From assembly GCA_016790695.1 (NCBI GenBank), contig JAEUOS010000081.1, positions 33,169 to 97,168 on the forward strand: a DNA stretch of 64,000 bases, given 5' to 3'. This DNA is from Burkholderiales bacterium (GTDB taxonomy: Bacteria; Pseudomonadota; Gammaproteobacteria; Burkholderiales; JAEUOS01). The notes beneath the pieces are model-generated. The model did not search any database, was not told the DNA's origin, and saw nothing but the letters and a program-made list of their open reading frames with translations. Shown piece after piece: positions 1-9,669 of this stretch (the first letter of the stretch is position 1; every line of letters starts with the position of its first letter). The position numbers and the translations under genes were made by a program.

Positions 1-446
1 CGCGCCTGACGGCCGACCTCGCCGCCGCCGGCATCGAACCGGCGCGCGTCGAGATGCGCGGCTGGTCGCCCTACGCGGAGGCGCTGGACCAGTACGCCGA
101 CGTCCACGTCGCGCTCGACCCGTTTCCGTACTGCGGCGGCCTCACCTCGCTCGACGCGCTGTGGATGGGCGTGCCCGTGGTGACGCTGCGCCAGCGCCAG
201 ATGGCCGGCCGCCAGACGGAGGCGTTCCTCGCCAACGTCGGACACCCGGACCTGGTCGCCGCCGACGCGGACGCCTACGTGCGCATCGCCGCCGACCTCA
301 TCGGCGACAGCGCGCGCCTGGCCGCGCATCGCACCGGGCTGCGCGAGGCGATGCGCGCCTCGCCGCTGCTCGACCACGCCGGCTTCACCCGCGCGCTGGA
401 ATCGGCCTGGCGCGGCATGTGGCGCCGCTGGTGCAGCGCCGCCTGA
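1..446 (+). CDS. C-terminal fragment of a SPINDLY/O-GlcNAc-transferase-like (TPR) glycosyltransferase; 5' end lies outside the window
   Basis: Frame is open to the window edge (RLTADLAAAGIEPARVEMRGW...). Contains the motif DPFPYCGGLTSLDALWMGVPVVT typical of this family's C-terminal catalytic domain. Confidence 0.6.
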   Translation, partial: RLTADLAAAGIEPARVEMRGWSPYAEALDQYADVHVALDPFPYCGGLTSLDALWMGVPVVTLRQRQMAGRQTEAFLANVGHPDLVAADADAYVRIAADLIGDSARLAAHRTGLREAMRASPLLDHAGFTRALESAWRGMWRRWCSAA

Positions 447-493
447 ACCATCGCGCCCGCCCGCCCGCTCCGCCCTGACGCCGCACTGCCGCC

Positions 494-1702
494 ATGAACG
501 AACCCCTGCCCTTCGCCGGACTGGTCGTCCTCGACATCAGCACCTACATCGCCGGCCCGCTGGCGGCGACGCTGCTCGCCGACTTCGGCGCCGACGTCGT
601 CAAGGTCGAGGATCCGCAGGGCGGCGACCCCAATCGCGTCGCCGGCGGGTTCTCGTCCTACCCGCAGAGCCCGGTCAACTATCCGTGGCAGATGGATGCG
701 CGCAACAAGCGGTCGCTCGCGCTCGACCTCAAGCATCCGCAGGCGCACGACGTGCTCGCGCGCCTGGTGGCACGCGCCGACGTGCTGATCACCAACTTCC
801 CGATGCCGGTGCGCGCGCGCCTGCGCCTGCGCCACGAGGACCTGCAGCCCCTCAACGAGCGCCTGGTCTATGCGTCGCTGACCGGGTACGGCGAATCCGG
901 TCCGGATCGCGATCAGCCCGGCTTCGACACGGCGGCGTATTTCGCGCGCGCCGGCTGGTTCGACGCCCAGCGTCACGAGGGTCAGCCGCCGCACTTCGCG
1001 CTGCCGTCCTCGGGCGACCGCGCCACCGCCACCGCGCTGTTCGCGGCGATCCTGATGGCGCTCTACCGCCGCGAGCGCAGCGGCCGCGGCGGCATGGTCG
1101 GCGCCTCGCTGGTGGCCGCCGGCCTGTGGTCGAACGCGATCACCGCGCAAGGTGCGCTGCTCGGCGCGTTCCTGCCGCCGCGCCCGCCGCGCGAGCGGCC
1201 GCGCAGCGCGCTGGTCAACATCTATCGCACCGCCGACGATCGCTGGTTCCAGCTGGTCCTTGCGGTCGAGGACCCGGCCTGGCCCGGCCTGTGCCGCGCG
1301 ATCGGGCAACCGGCGCTCGCGACCGATCCCCGCTTCGCCACCACGCCCGAGCGGCGGCGCCACGCCGCCGACCTCACCGCCATCCTCGATGCCGCGTTCG
1401 GGGCGCGCGACTGGACGTACTGGCAGGCGCAGTTCAAGACGCACCAGATCATCCACGGCGCCATCGCGCGCATGCAGGACATTCCGCACGATCCGCAGCT
1501 GCGCGCCGCCGGCGCGGTCGTCGCCACCGACAACCCGGACCTGCCGTTGTCGATCGGCCCGCCGCTCACCGCCGACTTCGCCCAGCCCGTGCGCGCGCGG
1601 CCGGCGCCGGCGCTCGGCGAGCACACCGACGCCGTGCTCGCCGAGTCCGGCTACACGGCGGCGGACATCGCGGCGCTGCGCGCGGCCGGCGTCGTCGCCT
1701 GA
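494..1702 (+). CDS. CoA-transferase family III (CaiB/BaiF-type)
   Basis: N-terminus GLVVLDISTYIAGPLAATLLADFGADVVKVEDPQGGDPNR matches the family III CoA-transferase signature. 402 aa with high third-position GC. Confidence 0.85.
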   Translation: MNEPLPFAGLVVLDISTYIAGPLAATLLADFGADVVKVEDPQGGDPNRVAGGFSSYPQSPVNYPWQMDARNKRSLALDLKHPQAHDVLARLVARADVLITNFPMPVRARLRLRHEDLQPLNERLVYASLTGYGESGPDRDQPGFDTAAYFARAGWFDAQRHEGQPPHFALPSSGDRATATALFAAILMALYRRERSGRGGMVGASLVAAGLWSNAITAQGALLGAFLPPRPPRERPRSALVNIYRTADDRWFQLVLAVEDPAWPGLCRAIGQPALATDPRFATTPERRRHAADLTAILDAAFGARDWTYWQAQFKTHQIIHGAIARMQDIPHDPQLRAAGAVVATDNPDLPLSIGPPLTADFAQPVRARPAPALGEHTDAVLAESGYTAADIAALRAAGVVA

Positions 1703-1722
1703 TCCGGTGCCGGCGCGCCGGT

Positions 1723-2415
1723 TCAGCCGACGTGCCTGCCGAAGAAGCGGAAGGTGCGATCCCAGGCGATCTGCGCCCAGGCCGGATCGTACTGGGTGAT
1801 CGGCAGCCGGCGCGGCCCCATCGCTGTCTCGTTGGCGAAGCCGTGCTGCGCCAGGTAACGATGGCCCTCGAAGCTCACCCCGGCGGCGCGCAGCTTGGCC
1901 TCGAGCGGATCGACGGTCTCGATCGGGAACGCGCCGTCCTGCGTCGCCCAGTGCGCCATCAGCGGCGCCTTGATCTTGCCGGCGTCGACGAATTCCAGCG
2001 GCGGCAGGCCGTACCAGGCGACGCCGGCGGCCGCCTCGGGCACCATCGTCAGCGCGAGAATGGTCAGCGCACCACCCATGCAGAATCCGGTGACGCCGAC
2101 CTTGGGGCTGCCGCCCTTCAGGTACTGCACGGCGCCGCGGATGTCCTGCGCGGCGGCATCGCCAAAGTTGAGCGAGGTCATCAGGTGGTGCGCTTCCTCG
2201 GCCTCGATGGTCGACTTGCCGCGGTAGAGGTCGGGCACGAGCGCGCGGTAGCCGGCGGCCGCGACGCGATCGGCGACGCCGCGGATCTGGTCGTTCAGGC
2301 CCCACCACTCCTGGATGACGACAACCGCCGGCGCGCCGGCTGCGGCCGCCGGCTCGGCGAGGTAACCCTCGACGGTCTTGCCGTCGGGACGAGCGAAGCT
2401 GATCGTGGTGCCCAT
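1723..2415 (-). CDS. Dienelactone hydrolase family protein
   Basis: VVVIQEWWGLNDQIRGVADRVAAAGYRALVPDLY plus the nucleophile motif GFCMGG (G-x-C-x-G); 230 aa. Confidence 0.85.
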   Translation of the reverse strand: MGTTISFARPDGKTVEGYLAEPAAAAGAPAVVVIQEWWGLNDQIRGVADRVAAAGYRALVPDLYRGKSTIEAEEAHHLMTSLNFGDAAAQDIRGAVQYLKGGSPKVGVTGFCMGGALTILALTMVPEAAAGVAWYGLPPLEFVDAGKIKAPLMAHWATQDGAFPIETVDPLEAKLRAAGVSFEGHRYLAQHGFANETAMGPRRLPITQYDPAWAQIAWDRTFRFFGRHVG

Positions 2416-2586
2416 GCTGCATCTCCTTTACGTTGGGGTCGGGATGGCGGCAACCGGCGCGCGGTGCCGCGAACGCCGGATTATGGCGCCTCTGCGGCCG
2501 GTGCCGCGCCGCGCCTGCCCGCCCGGCCGCGCACCGGCGCGGATGCCGTCGGTCCCGCCCCCCTGCAGCCGCGGCGCGCGCGCCGT

Positions 2587-4686
2587 TCAGGCCGTCAGCG
2601 GCTGGCCGGGCGCGGGCGCGCCGGCCGGCGCCTCGGTCGCCAGCGGCAGCCGCGCCACCTCGACGCCGTGCTCGCGGCTGCGGCGCACGAAGGTGGCGAA
2701 CGCATCGCCCCGGAGCGGCCGGCTGATGTAGTACCCCTGCAGGTAGTCGCAGCCGAGCTCCCGCAGCACGTCGACCTGCTCGATCGTTTCCACGCCCTCG
2801 GCCACGACGTCGAGCAGCAGGCTGCCCGCGAGGCTGACGATGGCCGCCGCAATCGCGCGGTCGTCCATGTCCACCGAGATGTCCTTGACGAACGAGCGGT
2901 CGATCTTGAGCACCCCGACCGGAAACTTCTTGAGGTACGCGAGCGACGAATAGCCGGTGCCGAAGTCGTCGATGGCGATCGAGAAGCCGGCATCGCGCAG
3001 GCGCCGCAGCAGAGCCACCGCGGACTCCGGATCGGCCATCAGGAGGCTTTCGGTGATCTCGAGCTCGATCTGCCCCGGCAGCACCTCGGCCGTCGCCAGG
3101 ATCGCCTCGATGTCCTCGAACAGGCGCGGCTCGCGCAGCTGCAACGCCGACAGATTGAGCGCCACTTGGATCGACGGCATCCCCTGGTCCTCCCAGCGGT
3201 GAATCTGGCGGCAGACCTCCTCGATGATCCAGCGTCCGATCGGAACGATCAGGCCCGTCGCTTCCGCGACCGGGATGAAGCGCGCCGGCGACACGTTGCC
3301 CAGCACCGGATGACTCCAGCGCAGCAGCGCCTCGGCACCGACCACCTGGCCGAAGCCGAGGTGGTACTTGGGCTGGTATTCGAGATGGAGCTGCCCGCGC
3401 TCGAGCGCCAGGCGCAGTTCGCGCTCGAGCTCGGTGCGCTCGCGATGGGCGCGCTCGAGCTCCGCCGAGAAGTAGACGCTGGCGCGCCGGCCGCCGGCCT
3501 TGGCCCGGTGCAGCGCGATCTCGGCATGCTTGAGCAGCGTGGTGCCGTCGGCGCCGTCGCGCGGGAAGCAGGCGACGCCGAGGCTGGCGGACAGCGCCAC
3601 GCCGGCGGCGTCGGGAAGCGCGACGCCCTCGACCGCCGCGCACACGTCCGCGACCATCGTCTCGATCGCGGCCGCGTCGGCGAAACCGTCCACGAGCACC
3701 GCAAACTCGTCGCCGCCGACCCGTGCCACCGCATGCTCGGCCGCCAGGGCCTGGCGCAGTGCGCGCCCGACCTCCGCGAGCGCGCGGTCGCCGGCGGCGT
3801 GCCCGCAGGCATCGTTGACGTCCTTGAAGTCGAACAGGTCGAAGTGCACGACCGCAAAGGGCCGCGGGTCGTGCCCGGCGCGCGCGATGCGCGCCTCGAC
3901 CGCTTCGAAGAAGCTGGCGCGGTTGGGCAGTCCGGTCAGGCTGTCGAAGCTCGACAGCTGGGCGATCGTCTCGCGCGCGGCGCTCTGCGCGTGGGCGAAC
4001 TGCGCGCGCAGGCTCGCGGTCGTGTTGTTGAGCATCTCTGCGGCGCGGCGGATCTCGAGCGGCGCGTCGCGGTCGACCTCGGCCGCGGCATCGAGCACGC
4101 CGGCGCGGATGCGCGATTCGACCCGACCGAGGCGCTCGAGCCCGCCGATCCAGCGCGACAACAGGTATCCGACGGCGGCGAGCGTCAGGGACAGGCACAG
4201 CGCACCAAAGACGAGCATGAGCCGCAGACTGTCCCAGTAGAGTGCGGCAAAGCGCTCGGCCGCTGGATGCAGCCGCAGCACGCCCAGCGTGCGCGCGCCG
4301 GAAGTGACCGGCACCTCGACCATCGGCAGTCGCGCCGCCACCGTTCGCACCAGCCAGTCCGGCGCGGCCCGGCGCAGCGGCTCGGTGCCATGGTGGACCA
4401 GGTGAATCCCGGAGATGGTGCGCAGTTCGGCAGAACGGAAGCTGGTGCCGGACACCGCCTTGGACAGAGCCTGCCGCAATCCTTCGCCATCGCCGGACAT
4501 CGCCTCGGCGACGAACCGCGCCGAGGCTTCGGCGACGATCTGGCCGGACTGCTGCGCGTCTTCGACCTGGCGCAGGAACTGCAGCTGGTAGGAGACGACC
4601 AGCCCGGCACCGACGGTCAGCGCCAGCGCGAGCGCGAACAGCGTCAGGAGCCGGGCAATGAGGCTCCGGGGCAGCAGAAAGCCCAT
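2587..4686 (-). CDS. Membrane-bound GGDEF/EAL (diguanylate cyclase/phosphodiesterase) signalling protein
   Basis: N-terminal TM segment (MGFLLPRSLIARLLTLFALALALTV) and a second TM/HAMP-like region. GGDEF motif (VGGDEFAVLV) and EAL motif (GAEALLRW...ELEITES) are both present. Start placed at the ATG at 4686 rather than the upstream track start. Confidence 0.85.
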   Translation of the reverse strand: MGFLLPRSLIARLLTLFALALALTVGAGLVVSYQLQFLRQVEDAQQSGQIVAEASARFVAEAMSGDGEGLRQALSKAVSGTSFRSAELRTISGIHLVHHGTEPLRRAAPDWLVRTVAARLPMVEVPVTSGARTLGVLRLHPAAERFAALYWDSLRLMLVFGALCLSLTLAAVGYLLSRWIGGLERLGRVESRIRAGVLDAAAEVDRDAPLEIRRAAEMLNNTTASLRAQFAHAQSAARETIAQLSSFDSLTGLPNRASFFEAVEARIARAGHDPRPFAVVHFDLFDFKDVNDACGHAAGDRALAEVGRALRQALAAEHAVARVGGDEFAVLVDGFADAAAIETMVADVCAAVEGVALPDAAGVALSASLGVACFPRDGADGTTLLKHAEIALHRAKAGGRRASVYFSAELERAHRERTELERELRLALERGQLHLEYQPKYHLGFGQVVGAEALLRWSHPVLGNVSPARFIPVAEATGLIVPIGRWIIEEVCRQIHRWEDQGMPSIQVALNLSALQLREPRLFEDIEAILATAEVLPGQIELEITESLLMADPESAVALLRRLRDAGFSIAIDDFGTGYSSLAYLKKFPVGVLKIDRSFVKDISVDMDDRAIAAAIVSLAGSLLLDVVAEGVETIEQVDVLRELGCDYLQGYYISRPLRGDAFATFVRRSREHGVEVARLPLATEAPAGAPAPGQPLTA

Positions 4687-4925
4687 CAGGCGCGCTCCCG
4701 GGCCGCGCGCACCCGTCGGAGACGGCTGGCGCGGCGCGTCGAGAGTGTCGGCAGAATGGCGGCGGCTGGTTCCATGGCGTCGGCGGGCGGGTGCCCGCAT
4801 CCGCGGGTCGCGGACGCAAGCCCACCCGTTGGCATCGTACGGTCCGGGCGCCGCGACGAGTCGCGGGAATTGGGCGGGTCCGCCCGCCCAGTTCGTGCGA
4901 CCGCCCCCGCCCCGGAGCTCCGTAG

Positions 4926-4931
4926 CATAAT
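4926..4931 (+). promoter_or_regulatory. Possible -10 hexamer (CATAAT) for mutS
   Basis: A/T-only hexamers are rare in this GC-rich DNA, and this one lies 25 nt upstream of the mutS start. I found no convincing -35. Confidence 0.25.
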
Positions 4932-4955
4932 CGCGCCTCGCGCCGGCCCCGCGGC

Positions 4956-7595
4956 GTGCCCATTGCCGACGAGCCAGGATTGAGCAAGCGCGACACCGCC
5001 CCCGCGGGCCCGTTCGACCAGCACACGCCGATGATGCGCCAGTACCTGGGCGTCAAGGCCGACTACCCGTCCACGCTGGTGTTCTATCGCATGGGCGACT
5101 TCTACGAGCTGTTCTACGACGATGCCGAGAAGGCGGCGCGCCTGCTCGGCATCACCCTGACCACGCGCGGCGCCTCCGCAGGCGTGCCGGTGAAGATGGC
5201 GGGCGTGCCGGTGCATGCGGTAGAGCAGTATCTGGCGCGCCTGGTCAGGCTGGGCGAGTCGGCGGCGATCTGCGAGCAGATCGGCGATCCGGCCACCGCC
5301 AAGGGGCCGGTCGAACGCAAGGTCCTGCGCGTGGTCACGCCCGGCACCATCACCGACCAGGCGCTGCTGCCCGAGAAGGGGGATGCCCTGCTGATGGCGG
5401 TCCTGCCCGACCGCCTCGGCGCGGGCACCGCCGCCCGCGCCTATGGCCTGGCGTGGCTCAATGTCGCCGGCGGCGAGCTGTGCCTCGCCGAGATCGCGCC
5501 GGCGCGGCTCGCCCACGAACTCGAGCGCCTGCGCCCGGCGGAGGTGCTGGTCCCGGAGAGCGCCGCCGTCGAGCTCGGCGGCGGTGCCGCGCGCACCGCG
5601 CAGAACGACTGGCTGTTCGACGTCCGCGCCGGCCAGAAGCGGCTGCTGGAGCAGTTCGGCGTCGCCACGCTCGACGGCTTCGGCGCCGCCGGCCTGAGCA
5701 TGGCACTCGGCGCCGCCGGCGCGCTCCTGCGCTATGCGGAGTCGACCCAGGGCCGGCGGCTCGATCACGTGCAGGCGATGGCCGTGGAGACCGGCCAGGA
5801 GTACCTGACCCTCGATGCGGTGACGCGGCGCAACCTCGAGATCACCGAGACCCTGCGCGGCGCGCCGACGCCGACGCTGTTCGCCACGCTCGACAGCTGC
5901 ATCACGTCGATGGGCAGCCGCACCCTCGCGCGCTGGCTCCACCATCCGCGGCGCGACCCGGCGGTCGCGCGGGCGCGCCACGGCGCGGTCGCCGCCTTCC
6001 TTGCGGACGGGCGCGGATTCGACGCGCCGCGCGCGGCGCTGCGCGCGGTGTCGGATGTCGAGCGAATCGCCGCGCGCATCGCCCTCGGGAGCGCGCGCCC
6101 GCGCGAGCTCGCGGGGCTGCGCGAATCGCTGGCGGCGCTGCCGGCGCTCGCCGCCGCCGTGCCCGGGGCGGGCGGCCTGTGCGCCGAACTGCGCGCGCAG
6201 GCGGCTGTGCCGACCGACGTGGTCACGCTGCTCGGTACCGTCCTGCACCCGGAACCGGCGGCGCGCGTGGCCGACGGCGGCGTGATCGCCGCGGGGTTCG
6301 ATGCCGAACTCGACGCGCTGCGCGGCCTCGCCACCAACGCCGGCGAGTTCCTGGTCGCGCTCGAGGCGCGCGAGCGCGAGCGCACCGGCATCCCGAACCT
6401 GCGCGTCGAGTACAACCGCGTGCACGGCTACTACATCGAGGTCACCAACAGCCACGCGGCCAAGATCCCGGACGACTACCGGCGCCGCCAGACGCTGAAG
6501 AACGCCGAGCGCTACATCACGCCCGAACTCAAGGCCTTCGAGGACCGCGCGCTGTCCGCCGAGTCGCGCGCGCTCGCGCGCGAGAAGTCGCTCTACGAGG
6601 CGCTGCTCGAGGACCTGCGGCCGCACGTCGGCGCGCTGCAGCGCGCCGCGCGCGCCATCGCGCAGATCGACGCGCTCGCCAGCCTGGCCGAGCGCGCCTA
6701 CGTGCTCGACTGGACCGAACCGGTGCTCGACGCCATGCCGGGCATCGAGATCGACGGCGGCCGGCATCCGGTGGTGGCCGGCCAGGTGCCCGACTTCGTG
6801 CCCAACGACGTCCGCCTCGACCCGCAGCGCCGGCTGCTGCTCATCACCGGCCCGAACATGGGCGGCAAGTCGACCTACATGCGCCAGGTCGCCCTCATCA
6901 CCCTGCTCGCCTACGCCGGCAGCTTCGTGCCGGCGCGACGGGCGCGGTTCGGCCCGGTCGATCGCATCTTCACCCGCATCGGCGCGGCCGACGACCTGGC
7001 CCAGGGCCGCTCGACCTTCATGGTCGAGATGACGGAGTCGGCCGCGATCCTCAACGCCGCCACGCCGGAGAGCCTGGTGCTGATGGACGAGGTCGGGCGC
7101 GGCACGTCGACCTTCGACGGCCTGGCGCTGGCCTGGGCGATCGCGCGCCGGCTGGTCGAGACCAATCGCTCGATGACGCTGTTCGCCACCCACTACTTCG
7201 AGCTGACCCAGCTCGACCGCGAGTATCCGGAGGTCGCCAACGTGCACCTGGCCGCCGCCGAGCATGGCGGCGGCGTGGTGTTCCTGCACGAGGTGCGCGA
7301 CGGCCCGGCGAGCCAGAGCTACGGACTGCAGGTCGCCCAGCTCGCCGGCGTGCCGCCGGCGGTGATTCGCGCCGCGCGCCGGCACCTGGCCGACCTCGAG
7401 GACCAGGCCGCGCGCATGACCCGGCCGCAGCTCGACCTGTTCGCCGGCGCGCCGGCGCCTCCGGCCGCGCCGCCCGCGGAGTCGGCCCGGCCGGAGGCGC
7501 TGGCGCTGCTCGACGGGATCCGGCCCGACGAGCTGACGCCGCGCGCGGCGCTCGATCTGATCTACGAGCTCAAGCGCCTGGCCGACACGCCATGA
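4956..7595 (+). CDS. mutS: DNA mismatch repair protein MutS
   Basis: [17 protein letters not shown]-terminal motif, Walker [14 protein letters not shown], and TFMVEMTE and [12 protein letters not shown] motifs; 879 aa. The start codon (GTG at 4956) is uncertain. Confidence 0.95.
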   Translation: MPIADEPGLSKRDTAPAGPFDQHTPMMRQYLGVKADYPSTLVFYRMGDFYELFYDDAEKAARLLGITLTTRGASAGVPVKMAGVPVHAVEQYLARLVRLGESAAICEQIGDPATAKGPVERKVLRVVTPGTITDQALLPEKGDALLMAVLPDRLGAGTAARAYGLAWLNVAGGELCLAEIAPARLAHELERLRPAEVLVPESAAVELGGGAARTAQNDWLFDVRAGQKRLLEQFGVATLDGFGAAGLSMALGAAGALLRYAESTQGRRLDHVQAMAVETGQEYLTLDAVTRRNLEITETLRGAPTPTLFATLDSCITSMGSRTLARWLHHPRRDPAVARARHGAVAAFLADGRGFDAPRAALRAVSDVERIAARIALGSARPRELAGLRESLAALPALAAAVPGAGGLCAELRAQAAVPTDVVTLLGTVLHPEPAARVADGGVIAAGFDAELDALRGLATNAGEFLVALEARERERTGIPNLRVEYNRVHGYYIEVTNSHAAKIPDDYRRRQTLKNAERYITPELKAFEDRALSAESRALAREKSLYEALLEDLRPHVGALQRAARAIAQIDALASLAERAYVLDWTEPVLDAMPGIEIDGGRHPVVAGQVPDFVPNDVRLDPQRRLLLITGPNMGGKSTYMRQVALITLLAYAGSFVPARRARFGPVDRIFTRIGAADDLAQGRSTFMVEMTESAAILNAATPESLVLMDEVGRGTSTFDGLALAWAIARRLVETNRSMTLFATHYFELTQLDREYPEVANVHLAAAEHGGGVVFLHEVRDGPASQSYGLQVAQLAGVPPAVIRAARRHLADLEDQAARMTRPQLDLFAGAPAPPAAPPAESARPEALALLDGIRPDELTPRAALDLIYELKRLADTP

Positions 7596-8545
7596 TGCGT
7601 GCGTTGCGCCGCGGCCTCGCCGCCACCGCCGCGGCGCTGGCCTGCCACGCGGGCGCCGCCGGCAGCATCGCGCTCCTCGGCGACATTCCCTACGGCGACT
7701 ACGAGGCCGGCGCACTGCGCGTGATGCTCGAGGAGATCGGCGCCGACGCCGATGTCGCCGCGGTCGTCCACGTCGGCGACATCAAGGCCGGAAACACGCC
7801 GTGCGACGACGCGCTCTTTCTCGCCCGGCGGGCCGAGTTCGACCAGTCGGCACGGCCCTTCCTCCTGGTGCCCGGCGACAACGAATGGACCGACTGCCAT
7901 CGCGACAGCAACGGGCGCTTCGATCCGCGCGAACGGCTGGCGCGGCTGCGCGAGGTGTTCTTCGCCGACGCCTACTCGCTCGGCCGCCACCGCCTGCGGC
8001 TCACGCGCCAGGGCGATCTGCAGCCGCGCTTCGCCGCCTGGCGCGAGAACGTGCGCTGGGAGCACGAGCGCGTGCTGTTCGTCGCGCTCAACGTTCCCGG
8101 CAGCAACAACAACTGGAAGCGCCGCGGCGACAACGCGGAGTTCCGCGACCGGCTCGCGGCCAACACCGCGTGGCTCGGCGCGGCCTTCGCCCATGCGGGA
8201 CAGGCGGGCGCGCTCGCGGTGATGGTGATCATCCACGGCAATCCCGATTTCGAAGAGGTCGACGCACGCCGCCGCGCCGGCCACCGCGACGGGTATGCGG
8301 AGTTCCGCGCCCAGCTCGCGCGCGAGGCGCGCGCCTTCGCCAGGCCGGTGGCGATCGTGCACGGCGACACCCATCGCATGCGGATCGACCAGCCGCTGCG
8401 CGACGCGCGCGGCGAGCCGGTCGCCAACGTCACCCGCGTCGAGACCTTCGGATCGCCCGCGCTCGGCTGGATCAAGGCGACCATCGATCCGGCGGCGCCC
8501 GCCGTATTCCGCTTCGCGCCGCGCCGCTACGTGCCGCGCCCCTGA
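7592..8545 (+). CDS. Secreted calcineurin-like metallophosphoesterase
   Basis: ATG overlaps the mutS stop (ATGA). Signal-peptide-like N-terminus [24 protein letters not shown]. Metallophosphoesterase motifs VHVGD, GDNEW, HGNPDF and HGDTH. Confidence 0.8.
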   Translation: MMRALRRGLAATAAALACHAGAAGSIALLGDIPYGDYEAGALRVMLEEIGADADVAAVVHVGDIKAGNTPCDDALFLARRAEFDQSARPFLLVPGDNEWTDCHRDSNGRFDPRERLARLREVFFADAYSLGRHRLRLTRQGDLQPRFAAWRENVRWEHERVLFVALNVPGSNNNWKRRGDNAEFRDRLAANTAWLGAAFAHAGQAGALAVMVIIHGNPDFEEVDARRRAGHRDGYAEFRAQLAREARAFARPVAIVHGDTHRMRIDQPLRDARGEPVANVTRVETFGSPALGWIKATIDPAAPAVFRFAPRRYVPRP

Positions 8546-8562
8546 CCCGGCGGCAGCCGCGG

Positions 8563-9054
8563 TCAGTGCGGGGCGGTGCCCTCGTCGTGGACGTGCCCGT
8601 GCGCGACCTCCTCGCCGGTGGCCGCGCGCACCGCCTCGACCGTGCACTCGAACACCAGGGCCATGCCGGCCAGCGGATGGTTGGCGTCGAGCACCACCTT
8701 GCCCTCGGCGATGTCGGTGACCGTGAAGATCGCCCCGCCCTGCGCGGCCGCATCGGCGTCGCCCGGGATCCCCTCGAACCGCATGCCGACTTCGAGGGCC
8801 TCGGGAAACAGCTCGCGCGGCTCGACCCGCAGCAGCATCTCGTCGTAATCGCCGAACGCATCGCCGGGCTCGAGCTTCACGCGCGCGGTCTCGCCGACCG
8901 CCTTGCCCTGAAGGGCCTGCTCGATCAGCGGAAAGATGCCGTCGTGCCCGCCGTGCAGATAGTGCACCGGCGCGCTGGTGCGCTCGAGCAGCTCGCCCTG
9001 GGCGTCGAACAGCGCATACGAGATCGCAACGACCGAATCGCGGCCGACCTTCAT
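8563..9054 (-). CDS. slyD: FKBP-type peptidyl-prolyl cis-trans isomerase, SlyD-like
   Basis: MKVGRDSVVAISYALFDAQGELLE...HYLHGG...VLDANHPLAGMALVFECTV with a short His-containing tail; 163 aa. Confidence 0.85.
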   Translation of the reverse strand: MKVGRDSVVAISYALFDAQGELLERTSAPVHYLHGGHDGIFPLIEQALQGKAVGETARVKLEPGDAFGDYDEMLLRVEPRELFPEALEVGMRFEGIPGDADAAAQGGAIFTVTDIAEGKVVLDANHPLAGMALVFECTVEAVRAATGEEVAHGHVHDEGTAPH

Positions 9055-9079
9055 GACAGTCCCCTGGCGGCCAATCCGC

Positions 9080-9550
9080 CTAGTGCGGCAGCGTTTTTAC
9101 CAGATTCAGGACTTCGCTCGCATGCCCCTTGGGGCTCACGCCGTAGAGCGCATGGCGCACCTTGCCGCGCCGGTCGATCACGAAGGTCGAGCGCAGCACG
9201 TGCGGCCGCCCCGCCGCCGAGGGCGCGTCGGCCCTGACCACGTCGTAGCGCCGGCAGACCTCGCACTCCGGGTCGGACAGGAGCGTGACCGTCAGTCCGT
9301 GGCGGTCGCGGAACTCGGCGTGGCTGGTCCAGTCGTCCGGCGAGACGCCGAGGACGACGCAGTTGTGGCGCCGGAAGTCGTCTTCGAGCTCGGAGAACTC
9401 GATCGCCTCGAGCGTGCTGCCCGGCAGGTTGTCGCGATCGTAGAAGTACAGCACGATGTTGCGCTTGCCGCGCAACTGCGAGAAGTCGACCAGTTCCATG
9501 TCGGGGTCGGGAAGGCGGAATTCCGGTGCGCTCTGTCCTGCGTTGAGCAT
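9080..9550 (-). CDS. Bcp/PrxQ-like peroxiredoxin-fold protein lacking the canonical peroxidatic and resolving cysteines
   Basis: MLNAGQSAPEFRLPD...VLYFYDRDNLPGSTLEAIEF aligns to Bcp YFYPKAMTPGCTVQAC, with Cys->Ser and Cys->Ile. Start placed at the ATG at 9550. Confidence 0.8.
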   Translation of the reverse strand: MLNAGQSAPEFRLPDPDMELVDFSQLRGKRNIVLYFYDRDNLPGSTLEAIEFSELEDDFRRHNCVVLGVSPDDWTSHAEFRDRHGLTVTLLSDPECEVCRRYDVVRADAPSAAGRPHVLRSTFVIDRRGKVRHALYGVSPKGHASEVLNLVKTLPH

Positions 9551-9657
9551 GGCCTGTCTCCTCGCGCGGCACGCCCGGTGGTTCGCCGGTGCCGGGCCGC
9601 CAAAAAAAATCTGTCTCGGTTCGCTGCTCCCGTCGGATCGACTGCTACGGCTGTTTC

Positions 9658-9663
9658 TATAAT
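9658..9663 (+). promoter_or_regulatory. Perfect TATAAT -10 box 7 nt upstream of the ATG at 9670 (possible leaderless transcript)
   Basis: tttcTATAATagccacATG; there is no Shine-Dalgarno between the box and the ATG, and no clear -35. Confidence 0.3.
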
Positions 9664-9669
9664 AGCCAC

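Noticed and set aside
275-5056. 1593-aa minus-strand ORF, and the 1432-aa plus-strand ORF 685-4983, spanning several genes
   Set aside because: The translations are Arg/Ala/Pro/Gly-rich and low-complexity, with no recognisable domains. They overlap four genes that have clear family motifs in other frames. This is a typical stop-codon-poor artefact of very GC-rich DNA.
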